A stretch of DNA of 64,000 bases from Cycas panzhihuaensis. Lineage: Eukaryota > Plantae > Cycadophyta. The stretch is taken from the NCBI GenBank assembly GCA_023213395.1, contig CM041465.1:210869741-210933740 (forward strand). Direction: 5' to 3'. The notes under the pieces were generated by a model. That model did not search any database. It worked only from the letters and a program-made list of their open reading frames with translations, and was not told the origin of the DNA. Position numbers and translations under genes: made by a program. How positions within the stretch are numbered: position 1 is the stretch's first letter; every line of letters begins with the position of its first letter. This document shows, in pieces, positions 12,486-27,073 of this stretch.

Positions 12486-14444
12486 ACTAGTTGCAAAATA
12501 GTTTAGATCTTGGTGGTGATTTTAGGTTATTGGGACCTTGTCTTCTCAACAAACTAGAGGGGTGGAGTCTAACTTATATAATTTGTTACACTCCACACTT
12601 TCTTCTAATACAAAATTGTTCTGTTGTTTGTCACAAATGTAGCATTTCTCATCATCAAATATTACATGCAACTTCTTCCTTTTAGTCAACTGAGATGTAG
12701 AAAGAAGGTTCTTCTTCAGCCCTGGTGCCAATAGAACATGACCGATCTTCTTTATTTCATTTTTTTTATTTTTACTGCAATGGTGCCTTCTCCCTCGATG
12801 TTGAGAGTATAGTAATCTTCGAGCTCAACTGAATCATTGAGGAGATGAGGACAGAGTGTTTCGAACCAGTCTCTTCTAGCTGTCATGTGGTGAGAAGCTC
12901 TAGTATCTATAAACCAACCTTCATTGAATCGAATGTTGGAGGCCAATGTAGTAACAAAGGTTGTTTCTTCTTCTTCCTCTTCTATTTGATGCTCCTTGTT
13001 ATAATTCCCTTTTGCTCACCTCCCTCGTGCAATGTTAGTCCTCTTTTGATGGCATTCTCTAACGAAGTGTCCCAGTCTTCCACAATAGTAACAGGCTCTA
13101 GATCCCACCACCTGTAGACCTTGTTATTCCTCTTGACCGACTCTTAGTTTGACCTCTGCCTCTAATCCTTAGTCTAGACATGAAGGCCGCTTCAAGTTCC
13201 CCTACTTCTTCATACCTCTTGATTCTCTACTCTTGTTGTAGTAGATTTCCACATAGGGTATCAAACGTCATGTTTGCTCCTTGTCCTCCAAGTGTGAGGG
13301 TATTAACTAAGTTGTCAAATGACTTTGGCAATTTGCTAAGGACTATACGAACCAATTTAGTGTTGGAAACAGGCTCACTAGTTGAACCAAGACTTTCTTT
13401 GATATCCATTATCTTAGTAATGAAATCTAACACAGGTTCTCCTTCCTTCAACTATATTTGATAGAGGTGTTCCCTTAATGAAATTATCGTAGCCTTATTC
13501 TTTTGATGATAAAGAAATTCTAAGGCTTTCCAAGCTTCTGCAACAATGGAAGATTCATTGATATGAGTTAATAGGGAATCTACAATAGAAAGGGTAATGC
13601 ATGCTAGGGCATACCTGTCTCTATCCACCTAGCTAGCCTGCTTAGTTGCATCACCACTCTAGGATTTTGTTCTAACCCTTCTGGAATTTTCCAAGCATTT
13701 CTGGCTAATAGGATACCTTTCATTTCAATTTTCCAAGCTAAGTAATTCACTCTAGTTAATTTATCTATGTTTGAGAGTGAATAGATGGAGGGCATTTTGA
13801 ATTTTTTTGGAAACTCTAATCTGCAGAGGATTGTATGGATTTGTCAAAAATAGCACAGTCACAGTTGTATGGACCAAAAAAACAAGAAAAAATGAAAACG
13901 ACTCAAACTGAAGTTTTGTTATCACCTTTCTGAATCTACAATTAGATTGTTAATCTGAGCTCCGAACAATGAGATATCAACCTCGAAAACCTAGCAGGTG
14001 GCTAAGGTTAGAAAGTGAAAAATGCAAAGATCTTTTTTAATTTGAGATGAAATGCAACAAAATGGTACTTGACAAAAAGCTTAGAAGGTAAGGAAAAAAT
14101 TGAGACAGATTTCTTGAAGAAAAAACAACCAGATGCAGAGAAATGAACATAATAGACACCAAACTTGCATTTTTGCTTTTTTTAGATTTCTCGGTGATGG
14201 AGGCAAGATCTGTTATTTCTCCTTTGGAAGAAAATAATCCTCTTGATGACATGCTCGATCTAGGAAAGTTTTGCTTCAACCTAAGCACTTTCAATTTTTG
14301 GGGCTCATACAAATTCACACCAGTCTGTATGATTGTCAGTATTTCGTCACCTACTCCTGAAGCCTTCATTGAGTGGTCCCTTTAGTCATCTGCAGCAACC
14401 TAAAGTCTCTAGAACTTGGTCCCTTCAAGCCTGCTCTAATACCA

Positions 14445-14687
14445 TGTAGAAATTAAGAGAGACAACAGATAATGACTTGAATTAACATTACATTTCATCA
14501 GTGATCTTTCTTACATATTTATACATAAAGAATACTAAAGTCACCCAAGAGGAGATAGCCACGTGTCAGCACCTTATTAGAGTATATTATGATGCACAAC
14601 TCTTAAAAGAGAGAGAAGGTTAAGTGAACTTAGTTAAGGAGATTCCAACACTAACACTAACACTAACATTAAACATTAACACTAACA
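14445..14687 (-). repeat. 5' LTR of copia C (outer boundary approximate)
   Basis: Minus strand ends ...TCTACA directly before the PBS; CTAACA repeats at the outer end. Confidence 0.6.
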
Positions 14688-16855
14688 ATATTATTGATTG
14701 TGATCTATTGCATTGTATGTGCTTTCAACTAGATCTATGTTTCTTGGAGATAGTGGTTCAACATCAGTTAAATAACACGATGGTGAGAAAATTTCATAAT
14801 CTTGTTGTTGCCAATGAAACAGCCATTATCAAATCCTACTTCATCTTCCAAGCATGAGTCCAAATATAAACACCCTCTATAGGTTCACATATATTATCAT
14901 GATCAAAAAGTACATTCAATGGGTGATGTTCATCGTTTTCTTTTGTTTGTGTGTTAGAATCATCTTGATCGTCGTCATAGTCCTCGTTGTTTGAGGAGCT
15001 AGAATTTGTATGTTCTTCACTTATTGTACAACAATTTAATTTTATTACTAACTTCCTCCCATTTTGTCTAATAGCCAGTGTGTTACATACCCAGTTTTGA
15101 ATTACTCGTGTGTCATGCAACCATGGTTGTCCTAATAAGGCATCATATGCTAGTGGCATCCCATCAATCATCGCAATGACTGCAAAGTTAGTGACAAACA
15201 CATGATTTGCAATCTGGATCTTCTGTGCCATCAGCATTCCTAGAGGTTGTATACCATATTGATCAACAAGCCTCAACCGAAGTCAAGGCAGCCATAACAT
15301 GGTTTTCCCATCCTTTCCCAAGTAGTTACTGGTATAATGTTTACTCTCGCTCCCCCATTCACCATTGTGTGTTCTAAACTATGTCCCAGTAATTGCATAC
15401 TCACTTCTATGTCTTGATCAACCCTTAAAGCTCTAACGTGTTGTTCAGTTTGGGGATTATCCATGGTGGGATCATTCTCTATAGGTCTTCTAGTGTGAGG
15501 GTCCTCTGTGATGATCATTGGCCTTCGAGGTTGCTCTCTTTCTTTCACTTGATTCAGGTTGCATGTGGTATGTGCATCACTTCCAACATTTCTTGAAAGC
15601 ATATCATCATAGTCTCCATGATGATTGGATCATATCATAACAACGTTACCATCTTACTAGAACCTCCATTTGTAAGAGTTGATCTACTAGCAAACTTGTC
15701 ACTTCATCTACCCTTTGCATCAATTGCTTTTGGTTCTTGACCCATTGTGTTGTCAATAGAAGTTCCCTTTATGTTGTTTCTAATTGTTGTTCTTGGATAG
15801 ATTTGATTATATTTTGGGCTTCTTGTACACAAGCTTTTTCTTTACTCGAGTTTGGGTATTCTTGTTTTCTTGCTCTTCTTGTGTACACCGCATATGTTGG
15901 TAGAGTTTCACCATTGGAATCCTTCAACCCTTCGATCTTGATTAGATTTACAAATTTGTTTTGTTGTTGAGGGCAATGGTTGTTGCCATGATCTCCCAGA
16001 CCACACCATTAGCACAAGGTCGTAGTTGTATTATTTTCCTTATTTGGGCAATCTCTGTTGAAATGTCCCCACAATTTACATTTGAAACACCAAACCATGG
16101 AACATCCTTGGGAATCCTTTAGTAACGATCGCCCAAACCCGAGTCAAAAATTACCTCCATACGCACATCCAAAAGGTTTGTCAAGTTCTTACTTTGCTAA
16201 AAATACGTCTCGATCTCATCACCTTCATGTTTGAATGTTGAAACCACATTTGTTTGTATCATGGTTATTCATTTTGCAAATATGGTAGTATTTAAGCGCC
16301 TAGTTTTCTAGACATTCTGCTTCCATGTGCCCTTATGTTCTACATTTAATGCACCACACTTGTCGATGTTCCTTAGATTGTGTCAAATCATCCATCGTCC
16401 TCATCAAATCCTCTCGTAATGCCTCAATAGAAGAGCTTGATTCTTCCTGATCATCACTTTCTGAAACTTTTGTTTTATGCCATATTTCTGCCTTCTCCTC
16501 TATTTCCAAACTCAATGCTCACGCAACTGCTTCTTGATAGGATGCAGGTGGAACCACTCGAAGTTTTATTCTATATTTAGGGAGTAAATCTTCTAAAAAC
16601 CATCTTTTTCTTAAACTATCGGTAACTTCACTCTCCATTTTCTTGACTAAGCTTTTCAATTCAGTGTTATAACTCCTAATGGTTTCTTTAGCTTCTTATC
16701 TTAAATTGTATATCTAATCTACAACCTCACTATCATCTCGTAGAAGACAAAATTCCTTTTTAAACACATCATGTAAGTTGCTCCATTTCGTGAAATGACC
16801 TCCTTCAAATTTTTTGTACTAGTCATTCGTTATGTCATGCAATGTTACTAGAAAA

Positions 16856-19800
16856 TGTTAACATGGCAGTTAATTATTAAGCCACTTAATTAATGTTAAT
16901 GTGGTTTAATTATGTAAAAAGGTGCGAGCCAAAAGATGCGACTTATTCGGAGGGTCACAACCCTAATCGTGTGACACCTCTTGGAAAGCATAAAAGCCTT
17001 GAAGCCTTGTATATTCATATCCAAGTATTCATTGTGTAATATGAAGTGATCCATCAAGGATCTTCTTTGTGGTGGGTTTTTTCCCGAAAGGGTTTCCCAC
17101 TTAAATACCTGTGTACTGTGCATCTGTTTTCTATGTTTTCTATTTGTCGCTTGCTGTGTATGGTTAAAGATCCTACATATGGGAACATCAGTGTATGATT
17201 TCATGTTCCCGAATATGTTATTAGAGCAATAAGGTCTTGCACAGCTTAAGCTTGACAGTGAACGGGGCGTGTGATTGTTGGTTGTCAGGTGATGTTGTTT
17301 GACCCAAGACAAGTCTTGAGGGTCCATCAACCCTAGCATCGTGTAGAAGCAAGCACAGCCAATCAATGGTGGTTGAAGCAGTGGAAATCACTATTCAACG
17401 AAGTGTAAGGGTTATTGGAGTCAGTATTCAGGCGTGAAGATCACATTTGTGGTTGGAGTTGGCTCATTAGTGGTCATCCAAAGCCGATTGATAATTTGTT
17501 GAAGAGATTCAAGCGAGCAGAACACATATTGATGGTGATTTAGCGACTTTGAGGACAGCCATCTCTGTACACAAGTAAGTTGGTCATTTTCTCACCAAAA
17601 ATACTATAAAACTCAAAAAGCGGCGATCCTTTTCTGGTAATTCATTCATCTTGTCTATATAAGGGAGAGATTGGAGCCTTTTTGGGATGTTTTCAGCCCT
17701 CTATACCAAGATTGGAGTGAGCATATAGCAGAACATAGTATCAAACTGTTGTTTTTGAGTTGTAGTGTCTTTAATTGGGAGTGTGATCCACCTATCTCTG
17801 TTGTATACATCCTATTGAGCCCGCATTCTTGTGTTGGGCCATTCTTTGAAATTTGTGTGAGCAGTTTGAAGACTTGTATACAGTATTAAGGCATTGTACA
17901 ACTGTGTAATACAAAGTTGAAGTGTTTATTATGATGGTTGGGCAGTTTTGACAACAATGAGTTTGTTAATAATCACATGCGTTTTTTCTTAGTGGTTTCA
18001 CACTCTAAAGACTGTCTGGGCTATGTTGAAGCACTTTAGAACCCTTAGAATACTGGTTGGGCGCATTTCTTCAGACAAGGTCTCAGGCGCTACATCACTC
18101 AGTTGTATGTGTACACTGCTCCTCCACATGGTTGGGTTGCATCTTTGTCATGTCGATGGCTAGTTGTTGACAGTATGAGTGCAGACCTATGAGCCGTTGG
18201 TGAGAAGCCGCCCATTCAGAAGGAGACAACAGGTCTACGAGATGCCTGTGTATCATTTGCGGCTGTCGTAGATCTCCAAGGAGTGTGGAGATACATGAGG
18301 ACGCATTTGAGAGATTTCACTAAGTCTTAAGCTTAGTATAACTTGAAAATAATCAAAAATCACGTGGGTTGAGTGATAAGAGGACGTCACCTTATCAAAA
18401 AGTCGCACTTGTTGGGAATATGCCTTTTGGCATATTCCCCTCAAAGTAAAAATATTAAAAGTTACCCTTTGTATCATTGATATATGAATTTTTATATAAT
18501 GTGAAGAACTTGGATTGTATTTGAAGTGTCCTTGACCCATTTTGAGCATGGATTAAGGCATTTTCTGTGGATTGCTAACTTGGAGACCGTGCACCATCAC
18601 CGTGTGGAGCCATCCTTTGTTCTGGAGCACATATTCGTAGCCATTGTGACTGTCGGTTGTGACATTTAATGGCTATTTAAGGTCATTTGTTGACGGATAA
18701 GGAGACATAAACAGTCGGTGGCTCACTTCACGTGGGTATAATCCGTGTTGGATCCCTTTGGAAGCGTGCTCATGAGGCAGAGGAGGACACAAAGGTGCAT
18801 TTCCATCCTTAATACGTTTGTTTGGTGTCGTGTGATTCATATTGTAGCATGTTCTTTGAGATGGAGAAGCTTATGCCTAAGGTTATCTTTAACGGTAACA
18901 ATTTCAGCGAATGGAAGGCTAATATGGAGCTTATATTGATGGTGAACCAACTTTGGGGAATCACCAAGGCAAAGCTTGTTTCAGTTCCACTTGACCATAA
19001 GGAGCGTATCAAACTTGAAGAGAAGCAGTTTATGGCCGTTGGATTACTGAAACTCTCACTAGCACCGGACCAGAGGGCTCTGGTTCACAATCTGGATGAC
19101 CCAGTCGAGATTTGGACAAAGTTGTGTGATACTTTTGAGAAGAAGAAGACGAATAGACGTCTTGCACTAATGTTGGAACTACTCAATTCAAAAGTTGAAG
19201 ATGAGAACAATATCAGCTCCTACCTGAATAAAATAACTAATTTGAGGAACAAGCTAGAAGAATTGAAGCAGAACTCGATCGATGATGCGCTTTTGTTTGC
19301 GATAATCATGTCGAAGCTGCCAACTGCGTTCGCCACATTCCAGACCATTTACGGTAGAGACGAACTGATGGAGGCAGAAACTTTTGATGGGCTCAAAAAC
19401 CTAATTCTAAAAGAGGATGCCAAGCTAAAACATCATGGATTGCTTGGAGGTTCTGGCTCAAGTCAGCCCTTAGCCATGAAAACTCAGAGGAAGGAGGCCC
19501 CTAAGGAGGAGAAGTTCACATAGCGGTCTGGAGAAAGCTCTCAAGACAAGAAGAAGTCTAATGGAAAGTGCAATTAGTGCAAGAAGGATGGTCACCGCGA
19601 AAAGAACTGTTGGTTCAAGCGTAGTGAAAAGCGCAAAGGTAACCAGGATGATAAAGGAAAGAATGTTGCTGCTCATTGCATCCAAGCGCTGAACTTGTCA
19701 GCCAAATCAGATCGGAGAGACTATTGGGTACTAGATTCTAGAGCGCAAAAGCACATCTCTTACTAGAGGCGAAACTTTGATACGTTGAAAGCAAATCAAA

Positions 19801-22800
19801 GTGGTGCTGAGATCGTTCCTGGAGATGCCTGCGTGTTGCCAGTAGATGGTATCGGTGAAGTTTCCATTGCAGGAGGCAAGCTTTTTGGGGTATATTATGT
19901 ACCCAAGATGCAGTTGAACCTTTTGTCTGCTTGGGAGATCTGCAAACAAGGTATGAAAGTGGAGCTCTATAATGATAAGTGCCTAATAAAAGACCCAAAA
20001 TAGAACTTTGCTATAGTAGCTACCGGGAAAGTCAGGGACAACTTCTGGGTGTTTGAGAAATTTCAATCTCAGAAGAAGTCCTATGCCTTTAATGCCAGTG
20101 CGAATGACGAAAGTAAACTATGGCACAATCGCCTTAGGCATCTTAGTTACAGGAGTATTGCACTACTAAAGAGGTTGAAGATGGTGGAAGGACTGTCGTT
20201 GGTTTCCTGCTCAGATGGTGTATGCAAAGGGTGCATGTATGGCAAGCATCACTGCTATCCTTTTGCTCGGGATAATGCCTGGAGAGCCAAGGAAAAACTA
20301 GAGCTTGTGCACTCAGATATTATGGGACCACTCCCAAACCCTTTGATATCAGGAGCCCGATATACGCTTGTGTTTATGGATGATTACACTAGAAAAACCT
20401 AGGTTTATTTTCTCAAGAACAAGTCAGACGTATTTGACCGCTTCCGTGATTGGAAAGCGATGGTTGAAAATGAAGGTGATAAGAAAATAAAAACTTTATG
20501 AAGTGATAATGGCAAGGAGTATGACAATCATGCGTTCAATCAGTTTTGCCATAACCATGGTATAAAGCGGGAGTTTATAGTCCCATATACCCCACAACAG
20601 AATGGAGTTGCTGAAAGAAAGAACCGTACCGTGATGGAGATGGCGAGGTGTATGGTGCACGTTAAAAACCTGCCACCTAAGTTTTGGGCAGAAGCTATGG
20701 CGACTGTTGTTTATATTTTGAACAGGGTACCCACTCAAGCAGTTCACAACATGACCCACGAAGAGAAATGGACCAGTCGAAAACCTGCCATTAACCATTT
20801 AAGAACGTTTGGGTGTATTGCATATGCCCACATCCCAGACGATACCTGCAAGAAGTTGGATCAAAAAAGTCTTAAGTGCATGTTCATGGGGTATTGCACG
20901 GAGAACAAAGCCTACAGACTATGGGATCCACAGGGGGAAAAGATTGTGGTCAGTCAAGATGTTAAATTTGATGAGTCATCGACGTATCATGCTTAAAGAT
21001 CATCAGAGGAACCTTTTTACCCTCCCCTTCTCCCATTCCCAGATTCTTCAAGCGAAGAGGACGATGAACCAGTCGCTATAGCACCTTGGAAAGCAGGACC
21101 AAGTGGGATGAGTAATAGTGAGGAGCCGCCGCGAGAAGAAGTACCTCCAGCAATGGATCCTTCTATACCTTTATGGGCAAGGAAAACTCTTGAAGATTCC
21201 GGTGTGGCGATGCAAACCCTAACTGATGACAGACGAACAAGAAGTCAGCATGCCAGTCGAACTTTACTGGTAGACACCAATGACTCCAGTGATCCTGATT
21301 CATTTGCTGAAGCCAAAGGAGATCCACGATGGAGAGTTGCAATGGAGAAAGAGTATAGTTCTCTGATGAAGAACGATGCGTGGGATTTGGTTCCACTCCC
21401 TCCATCGAAGAACCTTGTAGGATGCAAGTGGGTCTATAAGACAAAGTTCCGCTCCGATGGAGAGGTGGACAAGTACAAGGCCAGACTTGTTGTGCAGGGA
21501 TTCAAGCAAAAAGAAGGAATTGACTACGAGGAGACGTTTGCACCAGTCTCCAGAATGACAACAGTCCACTTGCTCATTTCCTTAGCAGTTGCATTAGATT
21601 GGGAGTTACACCAGATGGACGTTAAGTCTGCATTCCTTAATGGGGATCTAAAGGAGGAGATATACATGTCGCAGCCTCTGGGATTCATTAAGGAGGGCCA
21701 GGAGCATCTTGTTTGTCATTTGAAGAAATCAATCTATGGCCTGAAACAAGCACCCCGTGCTTGGTATGAAAAGATGGATGCCAAGTTGAAAGCTGAAGGT
21801 TTTGAAATTTCAGAACTCGACCCAAACCTGTATGTGAAGAGAAGAGGGGCTTCTGTAGTTGCTTGCGTGGTGTATGTGGATGATCTAATCATCGGCGGTA
21901 ATCATGGAAAGGCCATAACCAAAGTCAAATCCAATTTGGGAGCTTCTTTTGACATGACGGATCTCAGGAACTTCACTATTTCTTGGGCATTCAGATCAGG
22001 CAGATGGAAGATAGGATCGTGTTGTTGCAATCGCAGTATATGAAGAACTTACCAGAGAGATTTGAAATGCAACACTGTAAACCTGTTGCATCACCATGTG
22101 TAAAAGGCACAAGGTTGCAGAAGGACATGGCCCAACCTTCTATAGATGACACAAAGTATCATCAGTTGATAGGGAGTCTCATTTATTTGACTCATACCAA
22201 GCCAGATATCACATACGTTGTTGGATTGGGTTCACATTACATGCAGAATCCTCGGGAGCTTCATTTGGTGGCAGAAAAGCGGATTCTAAAATATCTGAAG
22301 GGAACAATCAATCTTGGTCTTGAATACCACAGAGGTGAGAAGATCAGGTTGCATGGCTACACGGATGCTGGTTGGGAAGGAGATTTCGACGATCGGAAGT
22401 CCACTGCTGGATATCTGTTTAGTATTGGCAATGGATTTGTTTCGTGGCAGTCGAAGAAGCAGCAGACAGTGGCGCTATCATCTACAGAAGCAGAATATCA
22501 AGGACTCGATCTTTGGTGCGAAAGAAGCAGTATGGTTGCAAGGTCTCTTGGAATTTCTTGGCGTTTCCAATGGGTATCTGATTCTGTTTGTTGATAATCA
22601 AAGTACCATTCATTTGTCAAAGAATCTAGAGTTTCATGCACATACGAAGCATATTGAGATTCGGCACCATTACATTCGTGAGCAGATCAAGTCAAGGAAG
22701 CTGCAAGTCGACTATTGTCTGAGTGAATTACAGCTTGCAGACGTGTTCACCAAGCCACTCACTGAAGATCAATTCATGAAGATGCGTGCTGGGCTTGGAC

Positions 22801-23285
22801 TCACCAACGTTATCCTTGAGGGAGGATGTATCGACAAGGATAAAGAAGCTACAGGATAGTCCCAGCCTTCGTGATAACTCAACTACTGCACGTTGCAGGT
22901 TCCCCACATTCACATTAAGGGGGGATGTTAACGTGGCAGTTAACTATTAAGCCACTTAATTAATGTTAATGTGGTTTAATTATGTGAAAGGGTGCGAGCC
23001 AAAAGATGCGACTTATTCGGAGGGTCACAACCCTAATCGTGCGACACCTCTTGGAGAGTATAAAAGCCTTGAGACCTCGTATATTCATATCCAAGTATTC
23101 ATTGTGTAATATCAGGTGATCCATCAAGGATCCTCTTTGTGGTGGCTTTTTTCCCAAAAGGGTTTCCCACGTAATTACCTGTGTACTATGCATTTGTTTT
23201 CTATGTTTTCTATTTGTTGCTTGTTGTGTATGGTTAAAGATCCTGCATATGGGAACATCAGTGTATGATTTCATGTTCCCGAACA
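16856..23285 (+). mobile_element. Full-length Ty1/copia element (copy 1)
   Basis: 360-bp LTRs at 16856-17215 and 22926-23285 (about 23 differences by eye), TSD GAAAA, degenerate Met PBS, PPT AAGGGGGGA. Confidence 0.97.
18861..22859 (+). pseudogene. Copia gag-pol of copy 1, with multiple stops and frameshifts
   Basis: FNGNNFSEWK gag; WVLDS protease; LWHNRL..CKGC and ELVHSDIMGP integrase; GCKWVYKTK, QMDVKSAFLNG, YVDD RT; FVDNQS/ADVFTKPL RNase H. Confidence 0.95.
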
Positions 23286-24938
23286 GAAAAGCTTGAAGCC
23301 AATGATCCTTATCTATTTATGCATTTGCAATCCAAATCATTTCACACATGTTGTAGTGATATGTTGGATCCTCATCTGCATTTTTGCTAAATGTTAATAA
23401 TTCTTGCTTTCTGCCTTTAGGAGTCGCCACGATTAGTTTAAGTCGAGATCTTGCTCAACTTAATTGCAAGAGTCTTCATTGTCTAAATTGGTCTTTATGT
23501 TTATGATCCATGTCCTTATGATCAACACATCGTCATTTGTAGAATTTGCCAAATAGGGCTCGACCTTATTTTCCTTCTCTTGGGTTTGTCTTTGCTTTGC
23601 AATTCTACTTGGTGGCATCTGTAACAAATAACTGCTCACTTGCACTTCCCATTGTACATCCCTGAAGACCCAATCATGAAAATGCATCTTCAATCTCATT
23701 CAATTCTTGATCTTGCCAATGTTTTTGTTCCCAAGTTCTCAAAATTTGTCATGCACGATCCATAATTACCCAATCACTTTGATTCAGTGAACAATCTTTT
23801 TGTTGATCAACAATGTGTGTTGAGATTCATGTAGATCATTTTAATTGTGGTTGATGTTTTGACTCCCATCAATTTACTTAATGATGCATGGGGATCATTC
23901 CATTCCTCGAACCAGGCATTAGTTAAAATTGATCGTGATCCAAAATGTTGGCGAGCACTTATGTTTGTATTATCACAATGTCATCCATATAATATCTAAT
24001 AATGTCATGTCATAGCAAGAATATTTCTAGTCTTCTAATAGCCTCAAGATCTTCTTTTGTTATAAAAATCTATACCACCAAATCATCCAACAAGGAAAGC
24101 TCTATGTTTAGATCCAAAATCATCATCTATTTCAATCACTCCTCAATCCATCTTATTCCTAGATCAGCAGCAGTGCCAAATGTTGATTAATTGTTGTTGG
24201 AATCCTCTAGGAAGAAGGGGACGGAGAGGTTCTATAACATAGCAACATCATTATGCAACCATATGTACAAACATGCAACTACTAATAGAGAAGTAATTAA
24301 CAGGTATAAGCATTCAGATATATTAATGTGCCATCAATATGTTCTCCTATTATTATATCAAAACATGGTACAATACCAAGTACAAAATGTACCAAAGTAG
24401 ATAATCATCCAATACCAATTTTGCACCCTAACCTAGTGCCAAGACTCACAACATAGAAGGTGGTTTCTAATCTTGACACTAACCATGCCCAAAATGTGCT
24501 TGACCCCTTTACATATACCACCAGTGGTGACCTATCATAACGACCTCTCATAACTAATCATTTGTTAACATATTATGTAACGTAACATTCTTGTTACATA
24601 ACATCCCAACACTTATAACATGATGTGGTCATAACATCTTGACACCTATAACAAAATGTGTACCAACAAAAATGGAAAAAATCACAAGAAAAATCAATGG
24701 AAAAATCATGAACACCAAAAAAGAGACCCAAACTGAGAAAAAATTACCTTAAATAAGCACAAATAAATGAGAATTTATTAAAAGCAAGTGAAACCAATGG
24801 AGGCTCCATGCTAGGGCTACAAGAGCAACCCTAGATACACAACGAGGATGGAAGAATGCAAAATTTTGAAGGAAAGACGACTCCTTTTTTTTTGTTTGAG
24901 CAAGGATGCTCAACCACCTTTTATTGACCCAAGATAAA

Positions 24939-25734
24939 TGTTGGGGCTTGAAACGGGCATAAATACCCAAAATAGGCCCAAAAATTATTAGAACGGCCTA
25001 AACAGTTGCAAGAACGTAGAACGAAACACATGACAAGGTGCGTTCCATAATGCATATGGGAATACATCAACTAGAGCACCCTAAATCAAGTGATACGTTC
25101 CAGAATTGATGACCTTAGCGCCCCACATATATTCGTATGGACTTGCAATCATTGTACTTGGGATTGATCATTAATGAAGTGTAATTAATGTGAAGGGACA
25201 CCTTGTTATGAAAATGAGCATGAGTCACAACCATTCCCCAAAAGGCATGTATTTGGGTATTTATTGGTCACTTCTCCACTATTCGGTGTAAGAACCAAGT
25301 TATTCAATCCTATGGCATGCTATCAAGCATGAAAGCTGAGCGATTGAGCCTTGTGTTATGTTCTCAAGGAGGTGAGAGCCGAGTGAGTCAATTGTATGAC
25401 ATGTTCTCAAATATAGGAGTTGAGTTGAATCATCTAGTGTTATAGATGGATATGGTCATATTTCCAGTGATATGAAGATGTTGTACTATGAATTTGCTTA
25501 ATGAAATCAATAATTACAAGGAAATTGTGTATCATGGGCATGATTATGGTTAATGTATGATGTTATAATGATATTGTGATATGGTGATGATCTTGTTATG
25601 CTATATTGATGGATTTATGTGTATATATGATGTACGTGTGTTATGAGACCAAAATGTTGACAAAACCCTAGATAGACTATCGAAGTGACTCTTTGATAAG
25701 TGTACTTTCCAAGGGGTAGAAAGTAAGGTCAACA
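24939..25734 (+). repeat. LTR related to 241-1065 (solo or orphan)
   Basis: TGTTGGGGC...CAACA termini; shares AGTCACAACCATTCCCCAAAAGGCATGT..GGGTATTTATTGG and TTGATAAGTGTA blocks; no matching TSD. Confidence 0.65.
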
Positions 25735-25867
25735 ACAGGCACCAACAAAAACTCCAATGTATCACCTATACATAGTTGCTAGACACACTTTCATTCACAT
25801 GGTCTCAAACTTTCGTACACAATACACAAGTATGGGATTTCATCAACAAATATTTAATTGTCTCGGC

Positions 25868-26210
25868 CTGCTCCAATACCAAATGATGGGTATCACATAG
25901 ATTTGCATAGGACAATAGAAGATCATAAATATTTCCACATGCATAACATGTAATACTCTCTAAAATTTTATTTCAACCAAGTATATTTACATGCATTGCG
26001 GAAGTCTATTTTTATAAATATAACAACTTATTGTAACTAACTAAAGCTTAACTTTAGTCTAATAGGCTAACCACCATGGTATTGGTGTCGTTAATGTTCA
26101 CAACAAATAGAGTGACATCATCACTATGACATCACCATGACGTAGGTATGACATAAGCAGTGTTACATCATTATGACACATTAACTAAATGATGTGAGCA
26201 TTCTTTTTAA
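25868..26210 (-). mobile_element. Remnant 5' end (Met PBS plus LTR) of another LTR element
   Basis: Minus strand ..TCATTTGGTATTGGAGCAGG; clustered TGACAT-type short repeats at 26110-26190. Confidence 0.4.
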
Positions 26211-26669
26211 CAATTACAAGTGAATTTGGACTAACATTACCATTAGAAATAGTGTTTTCTTGGTGGGAACCAGGGATATTCCATAAAACACCAACTATTA
26301 AAGAAGTAACAAGTTTAGTTATAAAGAACATTGAATTAGTACCTAATGTAGCTCCTCATATGCCAATACGAATATGTGGCTAGTCATTTTGTTCAACCAC
26401 AATGGATGGTGGTTAAGGTCTAAATATTTTCCCAACAACTACTTGGCAAAAAAGAGGATCCCCATCCTTGACTCTACCAAACGTTTCTACAACATTGGCC
26501 AACCAATTAAAGGTTTGGCTCATAAAGTTGCTACATGAATCCAATCCATACCCTGCAATCCTCAGGAAGACATGATATGCCACTAAATGCCTACAAAAAT
26601 GGGAAAAATGAACATTTACATTGAAAAGTAAGGAGCAGTCTATAATAATTACATTAGGTTAAGGGGGGA

Positions 26670-27073
26670 TGTTAACTTGGTAATTAATATTAAACCTTAT
26701 GATTAATGTTAAATGTGGTGAGTTAATGTTAAGCCAAAAAGCGCAAATGTCAGATAGTCACAACCAATGTGTTGGACATACCATTTGGGAGATTATAAAA
26801 ACTCCTTAAGTCCATTGTAAAGTAATCATGTTGTGATCAAGGTGTGACGAGTAGTGATGTATCAAGAGTTCTAGAGGAATAAACATAATCTATTCATTTT
26901 TTTGGTGAGTTTTATACCGAAAGGTTTTCCCATGTAAATCTTGTGTACTATTTATTGTCCCTTTGACATCTATTCGCTACATATGATCAAGACCCTGTTT
27001 AGAATGCATGTTTAATGTTTCTTCACAAGTATATCTTAAATAATATTAATCATCAACTCAATGGTATTCAACA
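26670..27073 (+). repeat. Copia-type 3' LTR distantly related to the copy 1/2 LTRs
   Basis: Preceded by PPT AAGGGGGGA; starts TGTTAACTTGGTAATTAATATTAAACC; shares GTCACAACC and CGAAAGGTTTTCCCA blocks; ends CAACA. Confidence 0.65.

Larger units (their letters stand above)
9221..14687 (-). mobile_element. Ty1/copia element C, decayed and 3'-truncated
   Basis: PBS TGGTATTAGAGC (14433-14444); gag KLTRVNYLAWK (13604-13795) and 13227-13451; protease WFIDTRASHHMT; integrase KTDWGGEY/NGVVERMNR; RT GCKWVFKVK/QLDVKSAFLNG; RNase H YCDNQS..HARMKHIEV; no 3' LTR. Confidence 0.9.
14690..24668 (-). mobile_element. Decayed non-chromoviral gypsy D (gag, knuckles, protease), split by copia 1
   Basis: PBS-like TTTGGCACTGCTGC next to ...CAACA (about 24167-24181); gag HWLQAF spans the copia insertion; VWCIKCR and WCFKCKLWGHFNRDC knuckles; protease MVNGGARVNIIP and YDALLGQPWL; putative LTR 24181-24668. 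Confidence 0.7.

Noticed and set aside
16896-17366. Similar minus-strand ORFs at 16896, 22966 and 44100/44293
   Set aside because: Antisense translations of the copia LTRs, similar only because the LTRs are
241-25734. LTRs 241-1065 and 24939-25734 as the two ends of one element
   Set aside because: Their 5' halves do not align, flanks CCTGG and ACAGG differ, and no PPT precedes 24939
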